Source of the DNA: Octopus vulgaris
Lineage: Eukaryota
Length of the DNA stretch: 64,000 bases
Direction: 5' to 3'
NCBI GenBank assembly: GCA_951406725.2
Contig: OX597824.1
Location: forward strand, 12,896,001-12,960,000
The translations under genes were made by a program, and so were the position numbers. Shown here one piece after another: positions 12,701-25,389 of this stretch. Position 1 is the first letter of the stretch. The number at the start of each line of letters is the position of its first letter. The notes below the pieces were generated by a model. It was not told where the DNA came from and did not search any database. It saw only the letters and a program-made list of their open reading frames with translations.

Positions 12701-12957
12701 GACAGGCTTCTTTCAGTTTCCGTCTACCAAATCCACTCACAAGGCATTGGTCGGCCCGGGGCTATAGCAGAGGACACTTGCCCAAGATGCCACGCAGTGG
12801 GACTGAACCCGGAACCATGTGGCTGGTTAGCAAGCTACTTACCACACAGCCACTCCTGTATAATACTAGTTTTTAAACATCAAGTGCCTATGAGGGTCCA
12901 CCAGGAAATAGTAATCAAAGGAGTCCATGGATATGAAAAAATGATTGAGAAACATTG
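12209..12957. mobile_element. hAT/Charlie-like MITE (interrupted by a SINE)
   Basis: TIRs CAGTGTTTCTCAA...TTGAGAAACATTG and internal gggtccac motifs. No TSD was recovered. Confidence 0.7.
12448..12858 (-). mobile_element. SINE family A (tRNA-like head, ccttgggcaagt core, internal TA/TG microsatellite), nested in a hAT-like MITE
   Basis: Reverse complement of 52560-52970. Confidence 0.88.
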
Positions 12958-13537
12958 ACCTAAATGGTTGACCTCAGAATATTACCACATACTGGGATAC
13001 TTTGTTCATATCTATACAGACTGCAATCCATCAACATCATCATCAGTAACACCATTTAACATTTTTTCCCATGCTGCCATGGGTTGAATGGTTCAACAGT
13101 AGCTGATGAGCCAAAGGACCAGGTCAGGCTCTAATGTCTGTTACAGCAGGTTTCGTATGGTTGGATGTTCTTTCTAGTGTCAACCAGTTTATACAGTGTA
13201 TACAGTGATTTTTTTTTTTACGTGGCACTGTGGAACCAGTGAGGTGACCAAATAACTTGCAATACTCACTCAAGTGAAGGGTGTTGTTTTGAGGGCAATG
13301 ACTTTATTTATGCCTGTTGATCAGCTTCTAAAGTATGATAGAACAGGAACAGGTGTCTTGCAGCGGGAGAGATACATGGCCAAAACTTTGGGTGGGGAGG
13401 CTTATCTGTTAAATTAACCACAGTACCTAACTTGTTTGGCAACAGATGGATAATATGTGATATTGGCTCAAGCAGGGTTTGTATTGAGGGTGTAAGGAGT
13501 GAGAAAAATACCTCAAGGTATCTATCTAAAGGTATCT

Positions 13538-13747
13538 AGGTGGTGAGCTGGCAGAAATGTTAGCACGCCGGGCGAAATGCGTAGCCGTATTTCGTCTGCC
13601 GTTACGTTCTGAGTTCAAATTCCGCCGAGGTCAACTTTGCCTTTCATCCTTTCGGGGGTTGATTAAATAAGTACCAGTTATGCACTGGGGTCGATATAAT
13701 CGACTTAAACCGTTTGTTTGTCCTCTTTGTGGGTAGTAAAGAAATAG
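13538..13747 (+). mobile_element. SINE family B monomer
   Basis: Flanked by repeated aggtatctatctaaag. Confidence 0.85.
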
Positions 13748-14777
13748 GTATCTATCTAAAGCTGTAAAGATTATACTTTTCTTGGAACAAAGCCTCAAAT
13801 GTTAGTGTTATAGTTGATTGTCAGCCCTAAGTACTTGACTCATACTTTACATTGTTGACTGTAGAAGGATGAAATACAAAATTTACCATGGCCAGATTAG
13901 GACTCAAAAAATAAAGAGTAACAAACATCACAAGGCATTTTGTCTGATGCTTAAACCCATTAGTATTTAAACCGATCAGATCTGGCCCCAAACTGGTCAG
14001 ATCTGGCCTCTCACACCTATTCTACAATGTCATTTAAAAATATATATAATCACATCAAAATTTTGAAGTTGAGAGATTAATATATTATTAATTCAAAACA
14101 ATCTGAATAAGTAAGAATTATATTTGATAGAGTAATCTGAAAGCTAAAGGGCTAAAGATTATGGTTACTCTCTGCTCTTGTAATTAGTGCTTCTAATACA
14201 GACACAAGGCCAGCAATTTGAGGAAGAAGTTAGCTGATTAAATCAATACCAGTTGTTGAAGGATACATTATTGATCCAAAGAAGATCAAAGACAAATTGA
14301 TGTCAGTTGGATTGGAACTCAGAATGTATAGAAATGAAACAAACAACACAAGGCTTTTCTCTGACACTAAGAATTCTGCCAGTCTACTGCCCTTCTACTG
14401 GTTTCGAATTTGGCACAAGGCCAGCAAGTTTGGAGGAGGGGGTAAGCCAATTACATCGACCTCTGTGTTCAACTGGTACTTATTTTATCAACAGCAAAAC
14501 GATGGAAGGCAAAGTCGACTTTTGGTGGAATTTGAACTTCGAACATTTGGACGAATGAAATATTGCTAAGAATTTTTCCTGGAATGGTAATGATTGTCCT
14601 CATATATTGTTTCTAATTTAGGATAATGACCAACAGTTTTGAGGGGAGGGGGCTAGCTGAAACTATTGACACTACTACGTGCAATAAACAATTTCCAACA
14701 TTGATCCAAAGCTACTGATTTCTGTGGGATGGAGGTCATCAAATTATATTGGCTTATAATAATAATATAATATGTAT

Positions 14778-15160
14778 ATACTCTTACTTGCTTCAGTCAT
14801 TTGACTGTGGCCATGCTGGAGCACTGCCTTTAGTTGAGCAAATTAACCCCAGGACTTATTCTTTGTAAGCCTAGTACTTATTCTATCGGTCTCTTTTGCC
14901 AAACTGCTAAGTTACATGGACGTAAACACACCAGCATCAGTTGTCAAGTTATGTTGGGGGGCACTGACACACAAACATGTACACACACACATATATATAC
15001 ATATATACAATGGGCTTCTTTCGATTTCGTCTACCAAATCTACTCACAAGGCTTTGGTCGGCCCGAGGCTATAGTAGAAGACACTTGCCCAAGGTGCCAC
15101 ACAGTAGGACTGAACCTGGAACCATGTGGTTTGTAAGCAAGCTACTTACCACACAGCCAC
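14778..15160 (-). mobile_element. SINE family A
   Basis: Family consensus match. Confidence 0.85.
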
Positions 15161-16429
15161 ACACACACACATATATGCATGTATACACACACATATGTAT
15201 ATAGGTATGCATATATGGGTACAGGGCATCACAAAACATAAACATGAAATACGAAAATAACATAGGGTACGCAAAGAATGAAAGAAACAAATGGAAAACA
15301 AGACAAGTAACATAAAAAACGACCCTTCATCAATATACAATCAATGGTCTAACAGTGACGTATTAAGAGAGTTTTCTACTCCTTATTTCGAGCAATGAAA
15401 GACAAGACTTTGAAGACAGTTGCTCTTGTGAAACAAAATGAAATTTGGGATTTGCAGAGGGTCAAAGTTGGTAACAAAAACAGGACATACAAGAAACCAA
15501 ACTAAATGAAAACAAGGAGGGGGGGCTGTTAGGCTCAGACAAGGTAAGGTAGCGGATGCTGGAAGGAGATTCTTTGATAAAGGAAAAGATAGGAAAGGAG
15601 ACAGATAGAAATGCATCTGGACTGTGCAACAATCTGATGGAAAAGAAAGACGATCACATGAGGAAAGGAATGATGGACGATGGTCATGTGTGAGCAATGA
15701 GAGAGAGAGTAAAGGAGGAAGAGAAGAGGGAAAGAGGGTAAAGGTGGAAGAGGGAGAGACAGACAGAAAATGGTTGAAGGAGAGCAAAAAAGAATTAGAG
15801 AAAAGATGAGAGAGGAAATGGAAAGTCGTGCTGTTAGTATATGGAAATGAAAGACTTTATGAACGGGATTTTCCAATTTTTTTAGTATTGTGTTTGTATA
15901 AAGCTGAAATATTTCCCAAGCACTTAGAACTAATAAAAAAAAACACACAGACACACAGCAAGAAAAAAAGCAAAAAAAAATTGAAAAAAGAAAAAGAACA
16001 AAAAGCAAACAGCACCCCACCTCAAACAGAAGTATTTTAAGCTATGAAAAATATCTTAGCTTTTTTTGTTTAAAAAAAAAAAGAATGAATTGCTTTCATT
16101 TTCTTATTTTAAGTACTGGTATTCAGCACTTCTTTACATCAATTCACAAATTTCCCCAAATAAGAAGTTTCAGACTTAGTTTGCTTGACACAATATACCA
16201 TTTAGTTTAGCATGAAAGAACCCTGACCCAATGACAAGGCAGCAGTGGAATCCCTTAGCCCTTCAGATCTGACAGCCAAATTTACCTTAGTATACACACT
16301 ACCATTGTAAAAATTGGATGTATACAAACTCTGCAGAGCTTGATAAAATAAATAAAACAGCATACTTATAGCTGTAATGCCTAATCAGTGGACTATTTGA
16401 CCAGGCCAGGCCAGGCCTGGATCAAGATT

Positions 16430-16857
16430 TGGCAGACACCCATACAATTATTAACCATCTTACAAACAATAACTCTGAGCACCTTTTCAAACTCCATCTG
16501 TCTAACACCCATGGACAGGTTTACAAAGTTAGAAAACAGCACAGCTCCCATGACTTACGGAAATATTTTTTCACGCTGTTGTTGAAGTATGGAACAAACT
16601 GCCGGCATCAGTTGGTAGTTGTTGGAGAACTGCATCCTTCAAAAACTTCCATGCTTCCTGAGATTCGCCAACACTACTACACCTGATTTTCTCCCCTCCA
16701 TTACACATGCAACTATGTATCTGACTCACACACTGTTCACTTCCCAGACATTTGTACATTACTGCATTATTGTACATTACTTTATATGCACTGTTTGACA
16801 AGTTGTGGTGCACCTGAGAACTGTATACAATAATTTCATTATTATTATTATTATTTA
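16430..16857 (+). mobile_element. CR1-type LINE 3' fragment with (ATT)n tail
   Basis: SNTHGQVYKVRKQHSSHDLRKYFF...WNKLP motif. Same family at 52058 and 63325. Confidence 0.8.
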
Positions 16858-17546
16858 TATCAAGCACTCAAGGAGGGTACTAATAACAGCAGTGTGTGTC
16901 ATAAGTCTATGATCTTGATTTCCAAATTCTAACCCTGTCCAAGTCGCACAGGCCTAGGTAGGATAAAAGGTATTCAAACCATGACTTTTCTTCTCTTTTA
17001 AGGAAGTGTCAGCCTAGAGCCATTATCTAACTTCACCATTCCATGCTCGCTTTGATGAAATGTATGACTGCTATTTCTAGCAAACAGACTGACCATGCAC
17101 AGACTACCTCATTGGCAGATTTTCAATCAACAGACTGGCTTCAGACTGAAAGTGGGTGAGGTTTGTAAAGATCTTGACTGACACATAAAAAAAACCCCAA
17201 ACATTTGTAAATACAATTTCCCATCCTTAAAAGTATTTCCCATTTAATCAAAAACAATAGTCTGTCATGTACAATGTTAGCTGTAGTAACAATTGTATTA
17301 TAATGTCATAATAGAAGCAAAGACAAGGAATAAGATGAATTTGAGGTAGGATGAGGGGGGGGGGGGGAGCAACCAGGATTTCCTGTCTTATATGAACATC
17401 AACAGAAAAACCCCATGCAGGATTGAAGCACACCATGTAACCAGTCATAACTTTTTTCAGTTTTTTGAATTTTCAGAAACTTTAAAAAAATTTGTGTTCT
17501 GAACACTGGACCTCATACGATTATACAAAAATTTTTTAACATCCTT

Positions 17547-18370
17547 CATCATCATCATTGTTTAACGTCCACTTTCCACACTAGCATGGGTTGGACGGTT
17601 CGACCGGGGTCTGGGAAGCCAGGAGGCTGCACCAGGCTCCAGTCTAATCTGGCAGTGTTTCTACAGCTGGATGACCTTCCTAACGCCAACCACTCTGTGA
17701 GTGTAGTGGGTGTTTTTTTAGATGCCACCGGCACAGGTGCCAAGGTTGGACGGTTCGACCGGGGTCTGGGAAGCCAGGAGGCTGCACCAGGCTCCAGTCT
17801 AATCTGGCAGTGTTTCTACAGCTGGATGCCCTTCCTAACGCCAACCACTCTGTGAGTGAAGTGGGTGTTTTTTAGATGCCACCGGCACAGGTGCCAAGGT
17901 TGGACGGTTCGACCGGGGTCTGGGAAGCCAGGAGGCTGCACCAGGCTCCAGTCTAATCTGGCAGTGTTTCTACAGCTGGATGCCCTTCCTAACGCCAACC
18001 ACTCTGTGAGTGAAGTGGGTGTTTTTTAGATGCCACCGGCACAGGTGCCAAGGTTGGACGGTTCGACCGGGGTCTGGGAAGCCAGGAGGCTGCACCAGGC
18101 TCCAGTCTAATCTGGCAGTGTTTCTACAGCTGGATGCCCTTCCTAACGCCAACCACTCTGTGAGTGAAGTGGGTGTTTTTTAGATGCCACCGGCACAGGT
18201 GTCAGGGGAGGCTGGCAACAGCCACGATCGGTTGATGCTTTTTACGTGCCACCGGCACGGAGGCCAGTCAAGGCGGCACTGGCAACGGCCACATTCGGAT
18301 GGTTCTTTTACATGCCACCGGCACTGGTATCACAACTACAATTTCGATTGATTTTTGATCAATTTCGATT
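17547..18370 (-). mobile_element. RTE 3'UTR copy with an internal segment tandemly repeated 4 times (~154 bp)
   Basis: Repeats start at ~17588, 17744, 17898 and 18052. Identical ORFs are offset by 154. Confidence 0.88.
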
Positions 18371-19027
18371 TCCTTTATCCCAAATCCTTACAGATGCTAA
18401 AATTAAAATTAACCCATATTGATCACACATGTATTGGAGGGCCATACCATTGCTGGGATTTATCCACAGTGATTTAAAAAAAAGTTATGTAAAAGAATTT
18501 ATGTTAATAGCATACTTTTGTTAGTAATTGTTTTTTCTTGCACATACACACTTGTTTGGTGTGGGTGGTGGTGGTTAAAAATTTAAATTACAAATTTTTT
18601 TTGCTTAAATTCCATGAATGGACTACCCTTACTTCCACATCATCTGTTTTATTATTACCCACTAGGGTAATAACGTCCACTCTCCATGCCGGCATGGGTT
18701 CGGCAGTTTGACTGAAGTTGATAAGCCAGAGAGCTGCATCAGCTTCCAGTCTGATTTGGCACAGTTTCTACGGCTAGATGCCCTTCCTGATGCTAACCAC
18801 TCTAGGAGTGTAATGGGTGCTTTTACGTACTTCCAGCATAGGTGCCATTCACATGACACTGGCAAACAACCGCGATCCATGGGTGCCATGGGGAGAAAAA
18901 TATTGAAAGACATCAATATTAGAGTGACAAATAAACTAGGATGGCATCTGGTGGTCGTGGGATGTGCTAGAAACAACAGCTAAATCTCCTTCCTTTTCGT
19001 TTAAAAATTATTTTGAAATTATAAACA

Positions 19028-19341
19028 GAGGCGTAGGAGTGGCTGTGTGGTAAATAGTTTGCTTACCAACCATATGGTTCTGGGTTCAGTCCCACTGCGT
19101 AGCACCTTGGGCAAGTGTCTTCTACTATAGCCTCGGGTCGCCCAAAGCCTTGTGAGTGGATTTGGTAGACGGAAACTGAAAGAAGCCCGTCGTTCGGCAA
19201 AAGCGGTTCGGCAAAAGAGGTGGATAGAATAAGTACTAGGCTTACAAAGAATAAGTTCTGGGGTCGATTTGCTTAACTAAAGGCCGTACTCCAGCATGGC
19301 CGCAGTCAAATGACAAACAAGTAAAAGAGTAAAAGAGAGAG
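19028..19341 (+). mobile_element. SINE family A (internally deleted) flanked by 107-bp direct repeats
   Basis: 18918-19024 is repeated at 19342-19448. Confidence 0.88.
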
Positions 19342-19799
19342 ATTAGAGTGACAAATAAACTAGGTTGGCATCTGGTGGTCGTGGGATGTGCTAGAAACAA
19401 CAGCTAAATCTCCTTCCTTTTCGTTTAAAAATTAGTTTGAAATTATAAGAAGAGACAAATGGCAGATCCGGACATTTTTTAAAACTATGATTTAAAAAAA
19501 TTCGAAAAATGTACAAATTTTAGGATTTATGGCAGGCGGCGGTTTAAAAAATTTTGAAGAAAACCTTTTTTTTTTTTTGTATGATCGTAAGAATTCCAGA
19601 TTGTAGAACACAAAATTCGCAAACATTTTGTGAAAGTTCTCCGAAATAAGAAAAAAAAAGTTATGAGGGAGTGTATGGTGTACTTGGATTGCCGTAATGA
19701 TTGCATTATAACGTCACAACAGAAGCGAAGACGAGGAACAGGGTGAGGGGCATTCAGGATATCCTGTCTTATTCGAACGTCAACACAAGGACCACGTGA

Positions 19800-20256
19800 G
19801 TGATTGTCTCACCTGGAATCCTGACGTCATCAAATTTAAAGGAAGAAAATCTGTTGGTATTACTGCGACACCGAACAACTCACGACTACAAATGGAAATT
19901 AAAAGAAAGTAATTCTCCAACTTTTAAACCAACATAATGAAAAATCGAAATTTAAATCTTATGATGGTATTCAAATCTGTGTTTTACTTTCTGGTAAAAA
20001 TTAACTTATTAACTACTTAAGCTAAACAGTTCTACGAACTACTTTCTTTCACCGACACTGACGTCAACAATGTGCATGTAAGTAGTGCCGGTCACAGTTA
20101 AGTTTCTACCGCCATCTTTGAAACATTGGAAGTTCCTTTTGCTTCACGGATTTACTTTGTTTATCTCTGTAAATCGTCGGTGTTGGCTGGGATCAGGTTG
20201 GATCTTTACCTAAATACCCCTCAGCCACCACTTGAAATTACTATCAGTTCATCACG
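19800..20256 (+). promoter_or_regulatory. Putative promoter and 5'UTR exon: two palindromic CRE sites (TGACGTCA at 19822 and 20059) and a YY1-type CCGCCATCTT (20109)
   Basis: Motifs read directly from the sequence. CpG is locally retained, and the region is followed by donor ACG|GTAACT. Confidence 0.5.
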
Positions 20257-20376
20257 GTAACTATTTGCCCATTTTCTCCGCTACAACCCGAAGCCTGTCG
20301 ACATGCCATGACCGACGACGGAAGATAAATAAGACAGAATCTCTTCCACATGTAACACTTTTTTTTGTCCTTTCAG
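20257..20376 (+). other. 120-bp 5'UTR intron of the 135-aa gene
   Basis: GTAACT donor, branch-like TGTAAC, and polypyrimidine ttttttttgtcctttcag acceptor. Confidence 0.55.
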
Positions 20377-20520
20377 GCTTTTATTAATGTTCTATGTTAA
20401 CATCAGCATCTATCTATCGTTTCACTGAATCGAGATTTGTCATTTGTTAATCATTCATTACTTGTTTTCATTCACAAAATTCTCACTAATTGACATTTTT
20501 TTAAAAAATTAATTACATCA

Positions 20521-20928
20521 ATGAAACCTCTTGCATCGAAACCGCATCGATCTGGTGTGATTAACGAGAACCGAGGAGTAATTAAAAAGCTAATAGATCG
20601 AGCACAGACTAAGAAAATGTTACTAGAAGGTCAGAAAACTAATTTCTATCGTATACATGCCTTGCTAGAGGCGACGGTACAAAGACTCAATCACGACCTT
20701 CACCGTTTGGATAACTTAGAGAGAAGACGACTCCACTCCAAGTTAAGTTACGGCGACAGTTCTTCGATCAGACACGCATCATCATCATCATCCGAAGACA
20801 GTGTCGGTAATTTAGACTCTATGGACTCTTCTAGACAATCTGCAGATGATGAAGATCATTTAGGAATTGCTGCCTTCTTCAATAATCTGAAGAAGGTCAA
20901 GGTACCTCGTAATTATTCCTGCCATTAA
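20521..20928 (+). CDS. Uncharacterised 135-aa protein (helical/coiled-coil-like N-half, Ser/Asp-rich C-half)
   Basis: Non-repetitive ATG-initiated ORF with normal composition in unique sequence. It has an upstream GT-AG 5'UTR intron (20257-20376) and AATAAA at 21041. Confidence 0.6.
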   Translation: MKPLASKPHRSGVINENRGVIKKLIDRAQTKKMLLEGQKTNFYRIHALLEATVQRLNHDLHRLDNLERRRLHSKLSYGDSSSIRHASSSSSEDSVGNLDSMDSSRQSADDEDHLGIAAFFNNLKKVKVPRNYSCH

Positions 20929-21522
20929 AACACACCTGTAGCTGTTATCTTTTGGGATTTCCCTTTCCATGAAAAAATTTATTTCAGTATCTTTTCGGAG
21001 AATCATAAAAAAAAACCCAAAAAACAAAACAAACTTATTTAATAAAACAAAAACAACAAAAAAACAATATTTCACAGACAAAACACTGCCAAAGAAAAAT
21101 TAACTGATTATATTTTTATAAATAATTACTAATCAAATTATAAAGTTTCTATTCTATTTCAATGAATGAAAAAAACAAAAAAAATCATTACAAATCAAAT
21201 GATATTCGTCATTGTTTATGTGTTTTTGTTAATTTGGTTCTAATGAGGCCTGTTTAGATGTTATCTGGGTTAATGTAATTACCCCCTACACTCGCTCACA
21301 CACCTTTTAAGCGATAAGCTAAACCAAATCCTACCTACATTCCACTTTGCATGTATTTGTGTACTTAAACTCAGCTGATTGTTTGTTGATTACACATTGC
21401 CATGACACACTCTACCTGTTGTAGTCTCATATCAACATTCCTTTTCCTAGAAACCACGACAGCGATAATTTAGATTATTTACACTAGGGGCTGATATATA
21501 CACTTTTTTAAAAAAAAATATA

Positions 21523-21700
21523 GGTACTACTAGCGAACAGTGGTCCCGGGGCGCGCACTCGCGCTAGCTAAGTTGTAAGTAGTCAATCCTACAACGACTT
21601 TTTAACCCTAACTCTAACCTTTGTTTATAAAAATAATTTATTTACTTAGTTTAAAAAAGTATTTACTTTGCATTTTATTTAATTTGTGTAAAAAAAATTA
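21523..21700. mobile_element. Truncated copy of the GGTACTAC MITE
   Basis: One TIR plus accctaactctaac. Confidence 0.7.
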
Positions 21701-21914
21701 GCAATAGCAATTTAATGTAAACAAATGCACGTGATGAGATAAGTGGGTATTGATCAAGATTCTTTTGGAAATTTTGAATTCAAATAATTCTCAATCGACG
21801 GTCAGAATTCATTGAATTCTGTAGTAATGGGAATTGTCTTATTCGATCCTGTCTTTAAGTCCAGCTTTTAACAGCTTTTAATATCATTAACACTCATTTC
21901 TTAACTTATTCCGG

Positions 21915-22185
21915 TCGGCAAAATGCTTAGCAGTATTTCGTCTGCCGCTACGTTCTGAGTTCAAATTCCACCGAGGTCGACTTTGCCTTTCATCCTTTCG
22001 GGGCCGATTAAATAAAATAAGTACCAGTTACGCACTGGAGTCGATGTAATCCACTTAATCCGTTTGTCTGTCCTTGTTTGTTCCTTCTGTGTTTAGCCCC
22101 TTGTGGGTAGTAAAGAAATAGGTATTTCGTCTGTCTTTACTTTCTGAGTTCAAATGCCGCCGAGGTCAACTTTACTCTTTATCTT
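21915..22185 (+). mobile_element. SINE family B, about 1.3 monomers
   Basis: Same monomer. Confidence 0.8.
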
Positions 22186-23224
22186 AAAAAGCACTTAAAG
22201 AAGCAGTAATGGATTTCAATATAATACTCTATTTATTTGGTAAATAACGAGTATTTTGTAATAGCTTTATTAGTTTTTAAAATATAATTTTTCGATAAAT
22301 TTAAACCAGAATGTAATTAATACACTTCATAAGCAAACGACACACATGAGTGAACAAACGAACGTGGAATTCAAAACATTTGACAAAAATCCGAAAAATT
22401 CGATGTTCAAGGACCGTAGGTTGGCAACGGGGTGTTAACTCCACGCTAAATTGGATACCTACCTTAGAATCAAATTACATCGTAGAAAAGTCGTAATAAC
22501 CGTTTAAAATGGATACGTATAAGGTATTTTCACTTTTCTTTTATTTCGTCATATGGGCTGTACAAACATTACGAAGATTGGACGTGAACATCTACGGTGT
22601 CGGTCACTGATACTAAAATATAAATGTTGTGTTTGTTTTGGTTTTGTCGAGTTAAAACGAAGGATTGCCTAATAATCTGTTCTTACTGAGGGAGGAGACC
22701 AGTTGATTACACTGATCACAGTGTTTCACTGGGCCTTAATTTATCGATTTCGAAAGGATGAAAAGCAAAATCTACCTCGGCGGAATTTGAACTCAGAACC
22801 TAATTACCCCCCCCCCCCCGGATCTTTTCTGTTTGGCTTCAATCACATTACTAGAGCCAACCACCGAACTTCTATGTGGTCTCTTAAATAGGTAGAAATA
22901 GCAGCTAAATGTGTTTTTCAAGTCAGTTACACTTTAGTTCTGAAGGCTTAAATAAATAAATCAATAACTAAATAAAAGGACAAATTGGTTATTATGTCTG
23001 GGGGGGGAAAAAAGTGAAGGGATGGCAACGTCATTAAATGCCTTTAATTATAGATCTGCTCAAATATCCATTCTTAGCGTTAGTTAGAATGTTGAAATTT
23101 AACAGTTTTTAATTTTCGCCTTCATAACGTTGAAATGTTTTAAACAGAACACATTTTTCTTTATAAGTTCGGATTTTAAAAAGCGTTTCCATCGTGGCTG
23201 TCCCATCTTATTTAATTACAGTTT

Positions 23225-23712
23225 AGTATTTTCACTTCCGGTAGTTTCCTCCTAGTCTTTTTTTTTTCTCCCTTCCGTTTATTTACCCCTAATGTATTTT
23301 ATTATTTCATGCAAAAAGACCTACTTTATTTTACATTAAAGAATTTTGTCTCTTTGGAAACTTAGATTCTTGGATATCCAGACATCCGTCTTTTCGATGC
23401 GTGCTAAAACTACTACAACACCAATGCTGCCTTTACTAAAACTACTATCAGCTGCTTAGCAGGCGGTGACACCGTTTCTTGCCTCAGTCTGTCTATATTT
23501 ATGAATGTGGTGGCGGTGGAAGGTTATCTACTGCCATCGTTATCAATAAGTCATGGCGGAGGTAGAGAATACGTACTCTTTACTTTTGCCTAATTCATAA
23601 TTAAGAAGTGTAGGATAACACTTGACCCCAAAAAGGGATCGGTTCAAAACGCCAGATTATTCTTCTCTTCCGCAGGGAAAATTAAAACATTGATACGTTG
23701 TGAGATGTGAGT
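23225..23712 (+). promoter_or_regulatory. Possible second promoter and non-coding 5' exons
   Basis: ETS-type ACTTCCGG at 23234, ATGGCGG motif near 23553, acceptor ttcttctcttccgcag|23676 and donor GTGAGT at 23707. No ORF was found. Confidence 0.3.
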
Positions 23713-23972
23713 ACAATTTGCCGCTGTGGACATGAGGATCCTACTAATTTCGTTTTAAATAACTTGACATTTAAAAAAAAAAATTCTTTTTTAGCTTCTT
23801 TGTTGGTTAACCTCAAGCCTAGCTTTGACTGAGCAGACTTATGAAGCAAGGCGTTCCAACCATGACTGTGCTGTCTCATAGTTCAGTCAGTGTTTTCTAG
23901 GGTTACATTATCTTATGCTGTGTTGCCTTTGTAAGAATGGCTGTTATTTCTAGCAGTGTGAGCGTGTATTGT

Positions 23973-24139
23973 CATCATCATCATCATCATCGTCGTTTAA
24001 CGTCCGTTCTCCATGCTAGCATGGGTTGGACGGTTCGACCGGGGTTCTGGGAAGCCAGAAGGCTGCACCAGGCTCCAGTCTAATCTGGCAATGTTTCTAC
24101 AGCTGGATGCCCTTCCTAACGCCAACCACTCCGTGAGTG
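23973..24139 (-). mobile_element. RTE tail fragment
   Basis: Same signature. Confidence 0.8.
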
Positions 24140-24146
24140 TATATAT

Positions 24147-24187
<41 letters not shown>

Positions 24188-24609
24188 AAAATGTGTATAT
24201 AACCATCATTGTTTTAACTTTTCATTCTTGCACGAGTCAGAGATTAACTGGAGGCAGAATTTCTTTGGTGATGTTCCTCATGTTACCGACCCCTACTTAT
24301 TTCCAAGCAAGGTAATATGGCATGACCTATTTTCATGGAAGATTGGAAAAATAAAACGTCACCACTTATGTGACAACAACACTAGTTTACAACTAACACG
24401 TGATGCTGAGACAAAGAGTCACAGATATGTATACACATACACCAGGCTTTTTGTTTTGTTTTTTAGTTTTCATGTACCAGATTCATTCATGGGACTTTGG
24501 TCAGCCTGGGACTAGAAGACACTTGCCCAGTGTCATACTGTGAGACTAAACCTGAATCCACATGATTGGTTTGCAAACTTAACCCCACATACCTCACTCC
24601 CTCTATCTG

Positions 24610-24888
24610 AAGAGCACTCCATCGGTTGTGACGAAGAGTGTCCCAGCTGATACAATCAACGGAACAGCTTGCTTGTAAGTGGCTGAGCAACCCACAAACC
24701 TGTGTACCCTTAACGTAGTTCTTCAGTGTGACAAGGCTGGCCCTTTGAAATACAGGTACTAATTTTTGCCATCTGAGTGGACTGGAGCAACGTAAAATAA
24801 AGTGTCTTGCTCAAGGACACAATGAGCTGCCAGGAATTGAACTCGCGACCTTACGATCATGAGCCAAATGCCCCTAACCACTAAGCCT
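24610..24888 (-). mobile_element. Older relative of SINE family C
   Basis: Reverse-complement similarity to the family C body and tRNA head. Confidence 0.65.
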
Positions 24889-25389
24889 TCACACTCCCTC
24901 TATCTATACACATACAAACATACTTTTTTCAATCGTTGGACCGCAGCTGGGGCACCACCTTGAAAGGTTAGATCAAACAGGTCTGGTACTTTTACTGGTC
25001 TCCTTTGTTGAACTGCTAATTTACAGGGATGTAAACAAACCAACCCTAGTTGTCAAGCAGTGGCAGGGGATAAACACATGCAGATGTATATATGATGAGC
25101 TACTTTCAGTTTATGTCTACCAGATCCACTCATGACTTTGGTTGGCCTGGGGGTATTATAGGAGAAACTTGTCCAAGGTGCCATACAGTGGGACTGAACC
25201 TGGAACCAAGTGGTTGAGAAACTTCTGACTACACAGTCATGCCTGCACATATATAATACTTTACTGCTATTTAATACATAATAGTGAAATGAATAAATAT
25301 TTGCTATACTTTACACCACAGAAAATATTTTTGCAGTGTTCAAGTATTCAAGGACAGAAACAAGGATCACCTGAACCAGTTCCAATCTA

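Noticed and set aside
15383-16040. Several 60-160-aa ORFs
   Set aside because: Low-complexity purine-rich sequence with no domain motif and no coherent splice structure.
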